Below are positions 14,044 through 28,886 of a stretch of DNA of 64,000 nucleotides, piece after piece (position 1 is the first letter of the stretch; every line of letters begins with the position of its first letter). A model generated the notes under the pieces. That model was given only the letters and a program-made list of their open reading frames with translations. It did not search any database and was not told the origin of the DNA. Position numbers and translations under genes: made by a program. Location of the stretch: assembly GCA_012295275.1 (NCBI GenBank), contig CM022665.1, positions 1,116,001 through 1,180,000 of the forward strand, read 5' to 3'. Source of the stretch: Chrysomallon squamiferum. Taxonomy: Eukaryota; Animalia; Mollusca.

Positions 14044-15000
14044 GATATGTGCCATTCTTTTAGTAACTATAGTTCTTTCGACAATCAAAATTTGGTATTC
14101 CAAGAATCATTATTATTTTTACATCGATGGGGATTTATGATAATCACTGATCACTTAGAAAATATCTGAAAATAATTTCAGGCACTGCTCAGCTTCATTA
14201 ATGTGTTTTAATAGAATATAGTTAAGTATCTTCATTATAATCAAATCATTAATGCATTTTATCACAGCAAATGAAGCTTAATTACTTTCTTCCCTTTTTA
14301 AAACATTATTATTACCATCATCTTCTTCTTAATAAACAATGAGCAATTAATACGTAAATGCATGAAACAAATCTCTCAGTTTAAGTGATTTATTAATATT
14401 TGGGTGTAAAACGCCCACTTCCAATCAGCTGGTTGTCTCGTACAATTTTTATTTGTTTTTCCCGTGAGGGGCATGGTTGCCCATAACGAAAAGAATATTC
14501 CATGTGTGTAATTTGCCAGATGTTCTATCTTCCATCTTCCAGTACAGCTGTGTTTATTCTGATGTGGTTAAACGTACAAGAACCTCCCAAAAACCTAGTG
14601 GGAAGTGAAGTCAACACTTTACATCGAAAATCAGATTGCCGAATCATCAAAAGACCATCCCTTTAGAGTAGTTTTATAGAAATGTTCTAAATGGACGAGT
14701 CACACATTAGTTTGTACTTGTTTATGGGGTCAGACACACGCACTGCTATAGTAATGAATTAGTCTCTCCAGAGGGGTGCACACAAGTAGAGGTTTTTCAG
14801 TGTACGAATTCGTGCATCAGCCTTTCTTCGCATAATTGTTTATAGGCTTGCTAGTAATATATATATTTTCTAGGATTTAGAAAAAAGGGAGGGCTTAATT
14901 ATACCATCATTAGATAAATTTTAGAATTACCATTATCAGTTGGAATAGAAACCTATTAACATATCGGTCAGTAGCAGACAAAATATTAGTCACGTATCCA

Positions 15001-15049
<49 letters not shown>

Positions 15050-15068
15050 ATATATATATATTAATTGG

Positions 15069-15117
<49 letters not shown>

Positions 15118-17148
15118 AATTTTTTACGGTTTATTCTTTTCTTGAATATCTTGTTGAAATTATATTTACTTCATTCGATTTGTTCAACAAAACTATTTCA
15201 AGTATACTTAATATAAAATATTTAAGACTGTAAACTAATCGCAACTTATTTTGATATATAAAATTGTCTACAAAGCATACTGACAGGTTTTTGTTTGTTT
15301 GTTGCTTTTTTTCTGTTTATTTTGGGGGGGTTTCGGGGGGTTGGTGGGTAATTGTTTTGTTGTTTTTATTATTACTATTATATTTTTTAATTTTATTTTT
15401 AATTAATTAATTAATTTAATTTTTAATTTTTTATTTATTTATTGTTTTTTTGTATTATTTTATTTTGACTCAAATAAGAAAACTTGCCTCCACATCGGGA
15501 GATAAAAAAAAAAAAAAAAAAAAAAATTGAAAAGAAAGTAATTGTGAGATGTTAAAAAAAAATAAACATTAAACAATACCTCCGAAATAATCCGTCAGAT
15601 ACTGGTGTGTAATGAAATTTCTAGATTGTTCTATATTGTTCTAACATTAGAATCTGTAACTTATAAAACGAAGTTTGTATCAGAGAGAGAGAAAAAAATT
15701 AAATAAAATAAAAAGTAATTTGCTAGGAAAGCATTAACTTACCTTTATCCGTTTTGAAATTTTAATTTTCCGTTCAATATTTGGCGAGGACAAATACCAA
15801 TAACAATTCAGGAAATTTGGAACTTTAAAATAGTATTAGCACTGCTAAATATTATTGTTTTATAGTAATATATATCTACTTTGTAAAATAGGCACTAAAT
15901 GTAGCAGGAAATTCAACAGTGTTTATTTAATGAATGTCAATTTGGGGCTTTTAGACTATGAGCTTGCCCTCGAAACGTTTACGCGACGTTATCCTGTCTC
16001 AACAGAACTGGTCTTTACTTACGTTACGTGCCTGCAAATAACTTTCTCATGTGTACCAGGCTATCTCAACCACAAAAAAGCTAATCAGAATGGGTCACCT
16101 GCCTATAATAATATATTTACTCAATACCTGATGTCTCGACAACTGATTTATCTAATCTTGCATCATTCTTAGAGTGTTTTATCAGTTTTATTTACTCCTT
16201 CATTTGTTTGTTTGTTGTTGTTGTTCTGTACGTATGGTTTATCATATCTGATTTGAAGACAAGATATGAGGTAATGTTTGAACATACAGTATTAGCAGTT
16301 CACTTTCATCCGTTACAAATTAACAGCATGCATACACTCATCCACAGACACACAAACCCAACAAAACCAGTTATATCTTTCGAATGTTTTCAGAAAGTGA
16401 GATACATGGATGCACGTGTTTCTATTATTTTAGGTTAGTGACTAATTAGCTAATTAATTTCTTTGTTATATCTATCTGATAATTGAATTTCTCTAACATA
16501 TAAAATAAAAACATCAACAACAATAATAGTAATAATAATATTTTCTCTATGTTACTCCATGTGTTTCGATATGATTGATAAATTTCATCACATGGACCAG
16601 TAACAGTGACACGAGCCAGGTGCGAGGTGACAGAATAAACTGACAGTACTTCAATACATTTTTGACCTAAATGTATATACTCACCTGATTACACTTAATT
16701 TTGAAAAATTAAACAAAACTGAAATATATCTAAATAAATCAACTACTGAAAAATATTCAGTTTTTTAATTTTCATTTTATAGTGGCAGAATAACAAGTAA
16801 CGCGCACATAAAATAATGGATAAAATAATCTCTTGTAATTAACAATATCCACCAAAGTCGTTTTTTAATTACGTTTATCATCACCAACACAGAGATAATA
16901 AATTTAGCATATAATTTTATTTTTATTACTACTAACAAATTGCATTCATAATAATGCTACTGGTTATATATATTTAATATTATCTCTATAATTTAAAATG
17001 TTAGTCCGCATTTTAAAGCTGAGTGTTCCGGTTCGTATTTTAAAGCATAATAATAATTGGAGATGTGAGAAAGTCTATGTTGCCTCGCTGCGAGATTGTG
17101 TTGATACTACTGGTTTACAGAGTGAGCGTTAAGTACGAAGTATGCTAA

Positions 17149-20100
17149 ATGGAATCGGTAACGTTTCCCCCTGTTCCCAATGAAGAGAGTGTGGTATGTT
17201 TATTACGTGTTAAATATTTTTCATTCGTTATTAACTTTTGTTATTTTTAAATTTTAAAATAATTATAAGTTTTTATTTTACCGGTTCTCAGTATTGATAC
17301 GGCAGTAATGCATAAAATGCAAAATAACTGATGAGTACTTAAAATTAATATTTCTTTACACTCCGTTTGTATGTGCCGTGCGTTCCCTGTAAATTTCAAA
17401 CTTTATTTATTACGTAGACAAAATATGAACTGATGATAAATAAACACGATCTATTTTACCGTTTGTAGCTTTAAAATAGGTTAGTCTGGAATGGCCGCAA
17501 AATAGTTTGAAATTACAAACATAACGCAGACTGATAACAATGCAATTAATTCGTTGTATTGAATATTCTTAAAACAGTTTCAAAACACAGATAAGATAAG
17601 GTACATTATTACTTGAATATTAAAATACTGACACAGGGAGATGTACAGCAGTCTAGCTTTTTATAAAATAATCCACCTTCAGTCGGTTAAAATTTATTAT
17701 GATAGAATGTGATGCCTTAGCATAAATTAAGATCATATTAATATACCATATATTATTGCTTGATGACATTTGCATTTTTAATTTGTGTAACATAGGACTG
17801 GACCTATGCAATGAGGAGAGATATGCAGGTAAGCTAAAATAATTTTCATTATGTTAGCACAAACTGTAGTTTGATCATCTCTTTCAATTCTACAGTTTTC
17901 TGTGCATTCAAAAAGGTCCACAAACATATAAAATATAAACATAGGCATGTTTACACATGTGTGCCACTTAACATGTATATATAGGCCTATAATACACCAC
18001 TAAATAAATTCATACATATTCATTTTAATATGCACAAGACTTGAATTTAGTGATATTTTATTAATACGTCTTTGTTTGTATTTTCATCTTAGGAAGTTGT
18101 TCCTGGTGTGTTTCTAGGTCCATATGCAGCAGCTATGAAATCTAAGGTATTTATAAATATAATGATTACATAAAAACGTTAAAATGTGAATAGCTTCTAT
18201 TGATGATAATCTGAATTATTAGAATAATAAAATAGTTAAATATTTGTCGTAGACTGATGAGAATCATTTGCTCTCTCACATCATCAAAAAGATGTCATGA
18301 GTGACTTAGTAGCATCTAAAGTGTAATTATTTTATATGTACACGTGTGTGCTTGAGTTTTGTGTATATAAAACCAGTTTTCAGAAGTAGGAAAATATTTG
18401 AACTAAATTATTGTACAACACTCTATATATTCATGTATATAGATACTCAATTTCTTTTAATGTTTTCTAGTGATATATATAAATAAACATGATTATAATT
18501 TATTTGTGATGTATGTATGTTTTTTTTTTATTTTGTTTTTTTAACAGATACAAACGCTGCAACAAACTGGCATCACTCATATTGTGTGTATTCGTCATGT
18601 CGCAGAATCTCATTTTGTTAAACCTAATTTTCCTGAAACATTCTGGTAAATATCCAGAAAACTGCCTTGAAGTCTAATTTTAATAATCATATATTAATAT
18701 TTTATTAATGCAGTAGTAATAATTTCTTCATATGCCGATTTTTGAATATCAAAAATGCTTTATTGGACCAAAAAAGTTAGGCAGTTTTTAAGATGCATAG
18801 AAATTTATAGATATACATTTTAATTTTCAGTTTATATATAGATCTAAAAGAGGAATGCATGTGGATCTAGTTGGATCAATACTGAATATTTCACATACCA
18901 AGCAAACAATTAGTCCCAATGTATTTGAAAATAATGTTGTGAACATTGGCTGTGTAATAGCATTAATACCTGACTGCTTTACTTTCTAACTTTTTCTTCA
19001 TATGCTATTTTTGGATACAAAGAAGTAAAAGAAATAACAGCATGTCATATTCCAAATATATTTTTCCAAAACTTATTTTCAATTAAATGGATTATAGATA
19101 TTTTCAATTTTCTTTAACTTAAAATTCAGTTGGTTTTAGGTTTTTTAGAAATTAATTGCCCTTCAAATTTTACCGTATTTTCCTGTACCTCATTATGTAC
19201 TTTTGTAAAAGGTGACATATAACTACAGTAATCTATTTCACAATAAAAATATGTAGAGTGAAATCGGTAAATATCAGTATGTAATTATATGACTGTTGAA
19301 ATTGCTAGAGCATGTCAGCACAACAATTATAAATTCAGTGTAAAAGGGAGAATCTCTTGTTCTTCATGTTGGATGTTCCATCCTCCTACTTTGCAAAATT
19401 ATTCCGGATTAAAAATAGCTGCTTTAGATAAATGCATTGTTTACTAATGTCTTCAACAGGTATCTCACCCTAGACATAGCTGACAGTGCGACAGAAAACA
19501 TCATTCAGCATATTCCCAAGGTAGGAATTGCATGCAAAAATACCACCAAAGAATGAAGTATGCAACAGTTATTTATTTCACAACTCATATGATGTTCTGG
19601 TAGAAATTATGGAATTAGATAAACACATCAGTTAGGAACAGAATGATGCAGTAGTATTACAAGTTGCACATATTTGCTCCCAGTGACCACCATATGAAAG
19701 AAAAAATGCCAGTAATTAAAGGAGACACAGAATAAATGCTTCCAACAACATGACTGCTCCTGCAGATAATAGGATGTGTATTTGCTCCTGGCACTGATGT
19801 AGGTTTGACATGAAATGAATGGTTCTGTTCACAAACTCTCCTGCTCAAGATGCAGTGTGGGACTGAGGTCTGACAACACTGTTGTTCACATTGTATAAGG
19901 TCAGAAACATAGAACACACATTAACAAGCTGTCAAGCATTTTCTTGTTCAAATACCAGGTACTGTGTCATGGAATTAGAGGGAATAAGGATTTTGTCCCG
20001 GTAGTGAAAACCTGCAAGATTTACAGCAGTGACATGGTGATCAGATACTTCCTGCACATATATTCCCAGCCACACCATGGCACTGCCTATCAACCTTCAT

Positions 20101-23100
20101 GGCCTTGTCTGTGGTACAACCATCAGCAACTCTGAGGTTAAATTTATTTCATCAGTAAAGAAAACATTTCTCCCGTGATTTCCTGCCCATACTCAGTCTC
20201 TGTTTAGCAGCCCTGGTTACACCAAACTGCCTGACCATTTCACTGACATTGCACCCAGCATTAAGCAGCCCAAGTGGTCTGTGACGGTCAGTTTGTGATT
20301 GATGTATTATGAAACAGTATTGTATTGGCTTTACTTGTTGGTCTTTCAGAGGTGTGCACTTAGTGAGCATACTTTAGAGAACTGTCAGATGTTTCATGCT
20401 GAACAACTGGCCAGCAGTATGGATTGATTTTCAAATATACTGAAATATAATCATTCACGATTTCAATATGCATACTTTGGTTTTTTTGGTTGAGTATATA
20501 ATAATTTTTTTTTAAATACCCTGACTATAACAGCCAAAACAAACAACAAAAATATTTGGTAAAGTCAAAAGCATTTCCTGTCACATTTTAGTTGTCAGCA
20601 TTTTACAAACCTAGATCTGAAAAATAAAAAACCTGTGGAAAATTTAGCCTCAGATAAAGTTAAAGATGTGTAGTATAACTGAATAAAAATATTATTATTT
20701 TTATATATCAGTTGTTGTGGAAAGTTTTATTTTGAAATATTTTATCAGTCAATATCATTATTAGTAGTATTAATTTAATTTTGTTTAAATTAAATTTTTA
20801 AGTCTCTGTTTAGGCAAGATGTATAGAGTAACTCCATTAGAAACAAACAATTATTATTTTATTCAGTTTCATTTTATTTATTTTTTTATGGCTCAGTTTT
20901 GAAGATAAATACTTAACTTGTAAGACAATATTCACTATTCATTAGCACTGCTTTTCTGTACACAGGTAAAGGAGTTTGTTGATGACTGTTTGCACAAAGG
21001 TGGAAAAGTCTTAGTACATGGAAATGCTGGAATTTCAAGAAGGTAATTTTAGTTATGTTTTTATGGTACAGTTAATTTGTGCAACAAACTTTTTTTTATT
21101 TTACAGATATGCTCGATATCCGATTTGATTAAAACTTGTTTTCATTTAATAGTTGTCGTCCTAGATGCCATGATAATTTTTTCAGTTTAAACTGGTTTTC
21201 CAGATGACAAAGTTCACCCAAAGTTAATGTGAAAAGCAAAAATCCTATGTAAGCACAACAACAGTTCAACAACAAAGATTTAATTTATTAATAGTTATTA
21301 AGTGATTAATATGATTTACAGAGAATGCTTACTCACACGATTTCTAGAATTCTCATTATTACAGTGACACTATAAATGTTCCTGTTGAATATAAAACAGA
21401 TATTAACAGATAGAAGTAGCTCACATTGGGTTTCATTTTTGATATACAATAGTGTAAATTCTCATTAAACAGTGGTGCATTTGTTTTTAGTTAAAGATTA
21501 ATTATTACAGTGCAGTTTGTTTAAAAATGTGTTTAATACATGTCGTTTATATTGTATTTCAAATAAACCTTTTACTGGTGTATGTATTTGCTTTCTCTCT
21601 TTACCTTAATAATTCTTTATTTCACTGATAACAGTTAAGCTATTCTGTGTACCCAGTTTTACAAATCAATCACATTCTTGATGTGAATATAATCAAAACA
21701 AAATCAGATTCTGTTTGAAATATTTTATTTGTTTTTAGTGCAGCACTAGTGATAGCTTATGTAATGGAGAAATATGGACTGTCACACAAGTATGTACACT
21801 CAGATAAGCTCTTTTTTTTTTTTTTATACACATTTAACAATATCTAGTATCAACACAAAACAACATGTAAGCATGCTTTTATCAATTTGTTACATGATTC
21901 TTACTCCAACTTAAGTGTACTATGATATTATAGTAATCAAATTAATTTTCCATGTTTTTCTGATCACAAGTTAATAAGGATGTAGATTTGGTATTCAGAC
22001 AGAATGTTTTAAGCTTTTTTTTTACAGAACATTTTTGTTGCTTTTTTTTTCTTCTTTTGTTTTCTTTCTGTTTTATTCTTATTTTTTTCTATTGATTGCT
22101 TACTGAATGCTTCAGAAACAGGAATATCTTTCATACTGAACACAGCTAACATACTGGACTCAGTTTAGTAACATAAAGTGTGATTGAGTGCACACCTGAT
22201 ATGTATACCTGCTGTCGATGGGTCTTCATTCCATATAAGGAAATAGGCCAATATTCTGAATTGTGACACAATTACATTTTAATCTCTAATTTAATTTTTC
22301 AGAGATGCATATTCCTATGTACAGCAACGACGATTTTGTATCAACCCCAATGAAGGATTTTCACAGCAACTTAAAGTATTTTGTTTCATCTTTATATTTA
22401 AATAATTTCATAGTTTATATGTATTTTTTAGTAATGACTAATTAAAAAGACAAAAGAACTTTAAATATCTTCATTTTATATTTCTTCTGTTCTGAAGCAA
22501 TGTCATTTTAGCTTAATTAATTGTATGAATTATTATTATTATTTTTTAAATTATAATTGTTACTGAAAATCTGTATTTAGAATAAATATTCTTTATGTGG
22601 GTTTTTCCCCTTCACTAGACAGTTGTTAGAAACAAAAAGAAATGCTCAGGATAAATGTCTGGGCTGCTATTGTTATTTTCTGATACTAACATGAACAAAT
22701 TACTAGTGTTAAGTGGTCAGTATATGAATACATCAGCTATGCTTCTTTCTTACGTCCAGTATTTGCAGATGTTAAAATAATATTAAATAACAACAAAGTT
22801 AATAAGCAAATTGTACATATATTCAATTTTAGTTTTTGTTATTAGTGTGGAGGTTGGTTTATGAACTAATGTAGTATTGCAGTCCTGAGATAAGATGGTT
22901 ATTTCTTTGATGTGAACCATCGTATAAAGATTTCTCATGCTGAACTGAAAAATACTTATCTTTTTCCCTTATCTCTGTGGATTATATAAAAATGAGTTTA
23001 CTAATAATACCATTTCTTGTAACAGGAGTACGAACCTATCTATCAAGCAAGATTGTGTTTACAAAGTGGAGAAAAATCTGATGACAATGGTTTGTTTTCA

Positions 23101-23616
23101 TATTTTTTTATACATAAAGCTGTATGGGAAAGAAAATATTTTGTTCATTTTGACTGTCCTTTTAAATTTGATTCTGATTTTTAATAATTTAATACTTTGT
23201 TGTGAAGTTTATTCAAGCTTTACATTTTTTTAAATGTATTTTTCGTGAGCTTTGTTTTTTATTGACATTGTCTCTTGGAAATACATAAAATGTATTAAGC
23301 TGTTTGTTTATATTACCAAAGTAGGTATTAAGTGGCCAGTGTGGAATGTTTATTCAGGAAATTCTTAGCCATAATCTATTTAATTATGCAAAGCATTTTT
23401 AATTTAAGCATGTCTACTCTTATTTTTGAAAACTATCTTTTAAAATTAATTATATATAAGATTTATATAAATCAGAAACATACACAATATTATTATATTT
23501 TTTGAAGATTTATTTTGAGTTTTAATTCAGGGATGCTGAAGAGAAAGGTGAGGGAAGATGACAATGAGGAGCATGAATTACATGGTCTTGAACCATTGTA
23601 TTTGCCAGGATGTTGA
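17149..23616 (+). CDS. STYX: Serine/threonine/tyrosine-interacting protein (dual-specificity pseudophosphatase), 10 exons, 213 aa
   Basis: Exons 17149-17193, 17796-17828, 18093-18146, 18548-18645, 19460-19520, 20966-21042, 21739-21789, 22303-22375, 23026-23089, 23531-23616; all GT-AG and phase-consistent. Protein MESVTFPPVPNEESVDWTYAMRRDMQEVVPGVFLGPYAAAMKSK...VLVHGNAGISRSAALVIAYVME...RRFCINPNEGF; catalytic Cys replaced by Gly (HGNAGISRS), the hallmark of STYX. Confidence 0.95.
19541..20496 (-). mobile_element. Decayed Tc1/mariner transposon in STYX intron 5
   Basis: Minus-strand fragments in order: HTH (DRHRPLGLLNAGCNVSEMVRQFGVTRAA), NVFFTDE, GSAMVWLGI, YRDKILIP, VFEQENA (cf. FQQDNA); stops and frameshifts; imperfect terminal repeats ACCAAA..AAGTATGCA at both ends. 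Confidence 0.8.
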
Positions 23617-24499
23617 GTGACGTGGTTTGACCTTATTATTGAAGTCCTTCTTCTTGACGCACACTCTTTGACAAAAGTTCTTGAATAGTTATGCATTTAC
23701 ATGTTTTTGCATGCAATTTTAACTTTTATCTAGTAAGCTCCAGCATTATCAGTTTCCAAGTTGTTGAGGCTGCAGTGAAGTGAAAAAGGGCTGATTGTTT
23801 TGGCGTTCAGCTTTTTGTTTCCCAGTCCATTCTTTCATTACTTATTTGCAGTTATTGGAAATACTGATTAAAACAATCAGAATATATGAAACAATACAAA
23901 ACAGAAAACATGCATTTAGAAATATCTGTCATAAACTTGTAAATTATTAAATTAATTTATATTTATCTGATGTATTTAGAGGGATGTGTTCAGACTGATT
24001 AGAAAATGCAAAATAAAAATAATAATTTTTTTTCACAAGTATCTTCAACTGACTCAAAGTAACCGACACCTTTTGTATTGGGTATGCAGAAATAAGTAAT
24101 CTGAATCAACTGAGATTACAAAGTGAACAGTTTATATTCATTTTAAAATATTTGTGATCAACCAGGTCATTAATTAATATATCTGCTAGGTAAGTATTTT
24201 TAATGATTAACTGACTAATGTTGCAAAGTATGGTATAACTGAATTTATTTAAAAATATTTGATTAAAAATGAAGGTCTTACTAATTTGTGTCCAGTTACG
24301 ACCAGTTCCATCTAGATTTATTTTTAGCACAACTCAGTTTATTTTACACAATTTCTGTGAATTTGGTAGAGAAATATTCAAATAAACACAATATTTGTGT
24401 ATTGGATCAGACAGAAAACTGTCCAGAATCACCTGTTTGTTAAATGGGTGCAGGATGGGGTGGTTCTAAAGTCTGAACTTGTCCCACACCTTTTAGTAG

Positions 24500-24640
24500 A
24501 TTATTATTATTATTACTATTACTATTATTACTATTACTATTACTATTACTATTACTATTACTATTATTATTATTATTATTATTATTATTATGTTTATTAT
24601 TATTGTTGTTATTGTCATTGTCATTGTTATTGTTGTTATT
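24500..24640. repeat. Compound (TAT/TAC/TGT)n trinucleotide microsatellite
   Basis: Visible repeat; explains the poly-Y/N/I ORFs at 24397-24799. Confidence 0.9.
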
Positions 24641-26399
24641 AACCAAGAAGGCTTTGCACAAGTTCCAATTTTAGAACTCTCCTGTCCAGACACTATGTTC
24701 TGTGTCAGTGATTCTGGATTCACTTTTCTTATTTCTGAACCAAATTTACAGAAATCATGTAAAATAAAGTGCGAGTTTTGTTGTGCTAAAAATAAATGAC
24801 TGCAATTGGCACTACTGAAAACAGTTTAGTATGACCATTATTAGTGATGATTGAGAAATGTCAAGTCATATATATTTATTTATTCAGTGTGTCTGCAATC
24901 AGTTCAGTATCTGATAACTGATGTTATTTTGACGCAGATGGCTACAAATTGTCTGGAAGTTAATACAGACATTTTTGTCTGTTTGTGTGTGGTATATATG
25001 ATAATCAAAATGTTACTTTTCACATACAATTTAATTATTCCATTTTGATGTATCTTGGTGCTTGTTTTGTGTGTGTCTATACAAATCAGTTTGATTTACA
25101 ACATGATTCCTGCCATTGTATTTTTAATTGGAAGAAACCTGACTGAAATGCTTGTGTGTTTGTTCAGAATGAAATGTTGCATTTTTTTAATATTAATGTT
25201 ACATTATATCACTTTGTTAAAAGATTAATTAGCATGTATTGGCTTCTTTATTACTGTTATTATTTTACATTTTTGTCTATTGAAAATATTTCATCAATGT
25301 GCATAAAGAGGTATTTTTTTTAAGATATCAGTTATACACAGAATAGATTATACTGCAGTGAAAACTGAATGATAGAAAAAAAGATATGCGCTGAATTGTA
25401 ATCAAGTGCCTTTTTTGACAAAAATGTTCAATAAATATTTTGTTTTAATTTACTATTTTGGTTGTGTAATTCTTTTTATTCTGATTCATATCCAGTATTG
25501 ATGAGTCAAAGATTTTATGTTTTTGAGATTATTGGAACGCAAATTTTCTTAAGCAGTGAAATACAACTTGTGAATATCAATTAATGAAATGTTTTCAGAT
25601 TTCTTTTTGTATCATACATGACATCGCAGCTAATCTACGTGGAATGAAAGATAATACACATCTATCAGTGGCGTGCAGTCTGGTGATATGCTCCTTGACT
25701 CAAGTGTAAGGCTTAGTACTGAGAAATATTCTGAGAAAGGAAAATATTGTGAATATGTAAACACAGATGAAACATAAAATATAAACCAACCAAATTTTTA
25801 AAATTATTTTCTCTGATTGGATGTCCAGGGCCACCACACTTACCTGTTTTCAATCATATAAACAAGTGCACTATTGGGTTATTATTTAAAATTACAATTA
25901 ATTCAAGTTAAATTCAGCAAAGCCTGTTTTTTTTTACATGTATTAACACCAAATGTAGACCAAAGTAGATGTAAAACGACATACTGAAATTTACAGATTA
26001 AGAATTGAATTGCTTCTTAAAACGTATATAATGAAATTCCAATACGGAAAATACAATTGTATGTCATTCCATTATTAGTTGACTTTTTTTAAATAGAACT
26101 ACATTTTAATTTCATATAATTTCAGGTACATTTGACTGCTGTAAACAATCTTAAAATATAAGAAATGTTTAGTACATAGTACATTACTGTTTTCAGTGGT
26201 ATGTTCAGTATCAGTATGAATTTGTGTCAAATCTACTCCATGTTAGCACAGCCTTTGATTCATTCACCACTGATAGTAATAATAATATTTGTTTTTAGGA
26301 CTAATAATATTTTGACAGTCATTAGCAAAAAAAAAAAAAATATATATTTCCTGGATGGGGATGAACGGAAAAACATCTTCTGCCATCTCTGTAGATTAC

Positions 26400-26490
26400 T
26401 GAACAATCAACAGCAAGGATCTTTTAAAGGCTCTATGCTAGAAGGAAAGCACATATCAAAGCCTTTAGTTATCCAGGCCTCAGATCTTGG
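26400..26490 (-). mobile_element. Degenerate SINE core fragment (same family)
   Basis: Reverse complement CTGGATAACTAAAGGCTTTGATATGTGCTTTCC...TAAAAGATCCTTGCTG matches the other copies. Confidence 0.45.
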
Positions 26491-27404
26491 CCCGTGCGGA
26501 AAATAGGGCATATTTTTCATATTACAGCTTTATACTGCTTTTACCCTAGCGACATTTTGAACCAATCAAAAACAAGTACATATGACGTTTATATAAAGCT
26601 AAACTACTTTGTTACCGTAACATTTTCTGATACGAACGTAGGATGTTTACGACTGGTTTTGAAAGTAACATAATATCTGAACTGTTTAAAAATAAAATAA
26701 ACGTAAAAATGAATTTTAAAAAAGCCTGGAGTTAAATATGTTTTACAGATGTTCCTGTGTGTGACCTGAAAGTTGGCAGTTGTTTACAAATGAAAAACAT
26801 CGTATTCCATAGTGCTTCTGTTTGAAAGGAAACGGTAAAAACAGGCTAGAAAATCTATGATAATCATTAAAATTAACTTTATAGACGGAGCGATTTAGTC
26901 TAACTCAGAGCTTGACATTATCGACAGAATAAGAAAATCCTTCTGTTTTTCTTTGTGTGTGTGTGTGTGTGTGTCGTATTTCCATTACTAACAGACAACG
27001 ATATGTTATTTATACCAATGTAGGTAAATTATTAGGCTATTTCGTTGTCAGTACGAGTCATTAATTTTTGTTTATTATTTCGATTGGGCAAACATCAGGT
27101 TACACCATAAAGGTGGAGTGTGTCAACAAATTAATAATATTAATAATCACAACAACAATAATAAGAATATCAGTAATAATAATAATCAGAATGAAGAAGA
27201 AGAAACAACATGCTTGTCAGTTTCGCCAGTTAGTTTTTCCTAGTATCAATACCAGTTTCAGTGATTTTAGTAACATTTATCAATTCTTTTTGTAGCGCAG
27301 ATAAACGCCTGGGTTTAATAGATCCCAGGTCGATGGATATTAATAACGCAGTAAGGTGTATGTTGTCTAACTGCATGAATAGCACTGTTTCATCATTAAT
27401 ACAT

Positions 27405-27452
<48 letters not shown>

Positions 27453-27864
27453 AAAAAAAAAAAGCAACAGCCGATAACGAGACAAAAAATGCACACACAC
27501 AAAACTATACATACATACACGATTTTGAATTCAGCTGGTCTGACTGGATTGGAGACATTATAAATATTTCCGGAGGACATGGTGTAGCAGCTGAAAGCTT
27601 TCGAATGAGTAAACAACGAATTACTTTCGCTATAAACAACCGAGAAAACCGTTAACAACGTAATAATGAACTGCATTAATTCTCAATTCCTTTTGTTAAA
27701 TCATTTCTTAATGGATATTTTAGTAATCTATTAACGCAGAATGTATTAAGCACTGTCAGTTTCTCGAATGCAGTCAGTCATGACATGTTGCTGTTAAAGA
27801 GAAAATGTATTACAAAATCCTTATTGTTGTTCTTTTGAGTACCTTACTTACAGAACAAACTAGA

Positions 27865-27958
<94 letters not shown>

Positions 27959-28120
27959 CAATTTTTATTTATTAAAGGTGATGGCTACATACAAACATGT
28001 CTGAGCCACTAGCAACAGTAATCAACAAGAGAAAATTACATCCATTAGGACTTACAATAAAATAAAATACAATAATTTGGTGATACGGGCAAAACTGTGA
28101 TTTTATTTATTTATTTATTG

Positions 28121-28171
<51 letters not shown>

Positions 28172-28828
28172 TTGTTACTCTCTTGTTTTGTTTTTTTGTT
28201 GTTACTGGGATTTATTTTTGTCATAGTTGTTGTTGTTGCTATTATTATTATTATTATTATTAATACCACTCTCCTGTGAAACAATCACAAAAACATAAAT
28301 GTTTAAAGTAACACCGATCCTTTTCATTAATGACCTGTAAGAACATGTAAAAATCGTCTGATGAAGTACCATAAATATTACAACAAGTGAATGAATAATT
28401 TCTAAATTAATGTTTTTCTGTATTGAACAATTTAAAAAAAAAAATTAAATTAAAAAAAAGCAGCATAATAAAGTTAAAAATAAAAAACCCGAACATGTAT
28501 ATGAACGTTAAGTACTGTTTCAAAACTTTAACATTAAAACAGAGGTAGGTGGCAAATTATTAAATCTATTTTGAGAGTAAATTCGTGTAATCGTGTCCAG
28601 TGCTTCTTAAAATGGCGAATAACTGAACGATTATTTTTATTTTTTCTCGTCGTGGATTCTAATCCCAAAATGCTCGATTGACGCCTAGACTAAAACCATT
28701 AAAACACGTCCCAAGAAAAAAATAAAATAAAATAAAAAACGTTTCTTTTTGAAAATGTAAATGAAAATGTAACACATGAGGATGTAATTGTAAAATTGCC
28801 TAAAACAGATTTTTCTCCGTTGAATATC

Positions 28829-28886
<58 letters not shown>

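Noticed and set aside
20966-21042. Missing catalytic Cys read as pseudogenisation of a phosphatase
   Set aside because: Cys-to-Gly is the conserved, defining feature of functional STYX.
27404-27676. ORF beginning with signal-peptide-like MQFIITLLTVFSVVYS
   Set aside because: Runs into microsatellite; no downstream exons or domain found.
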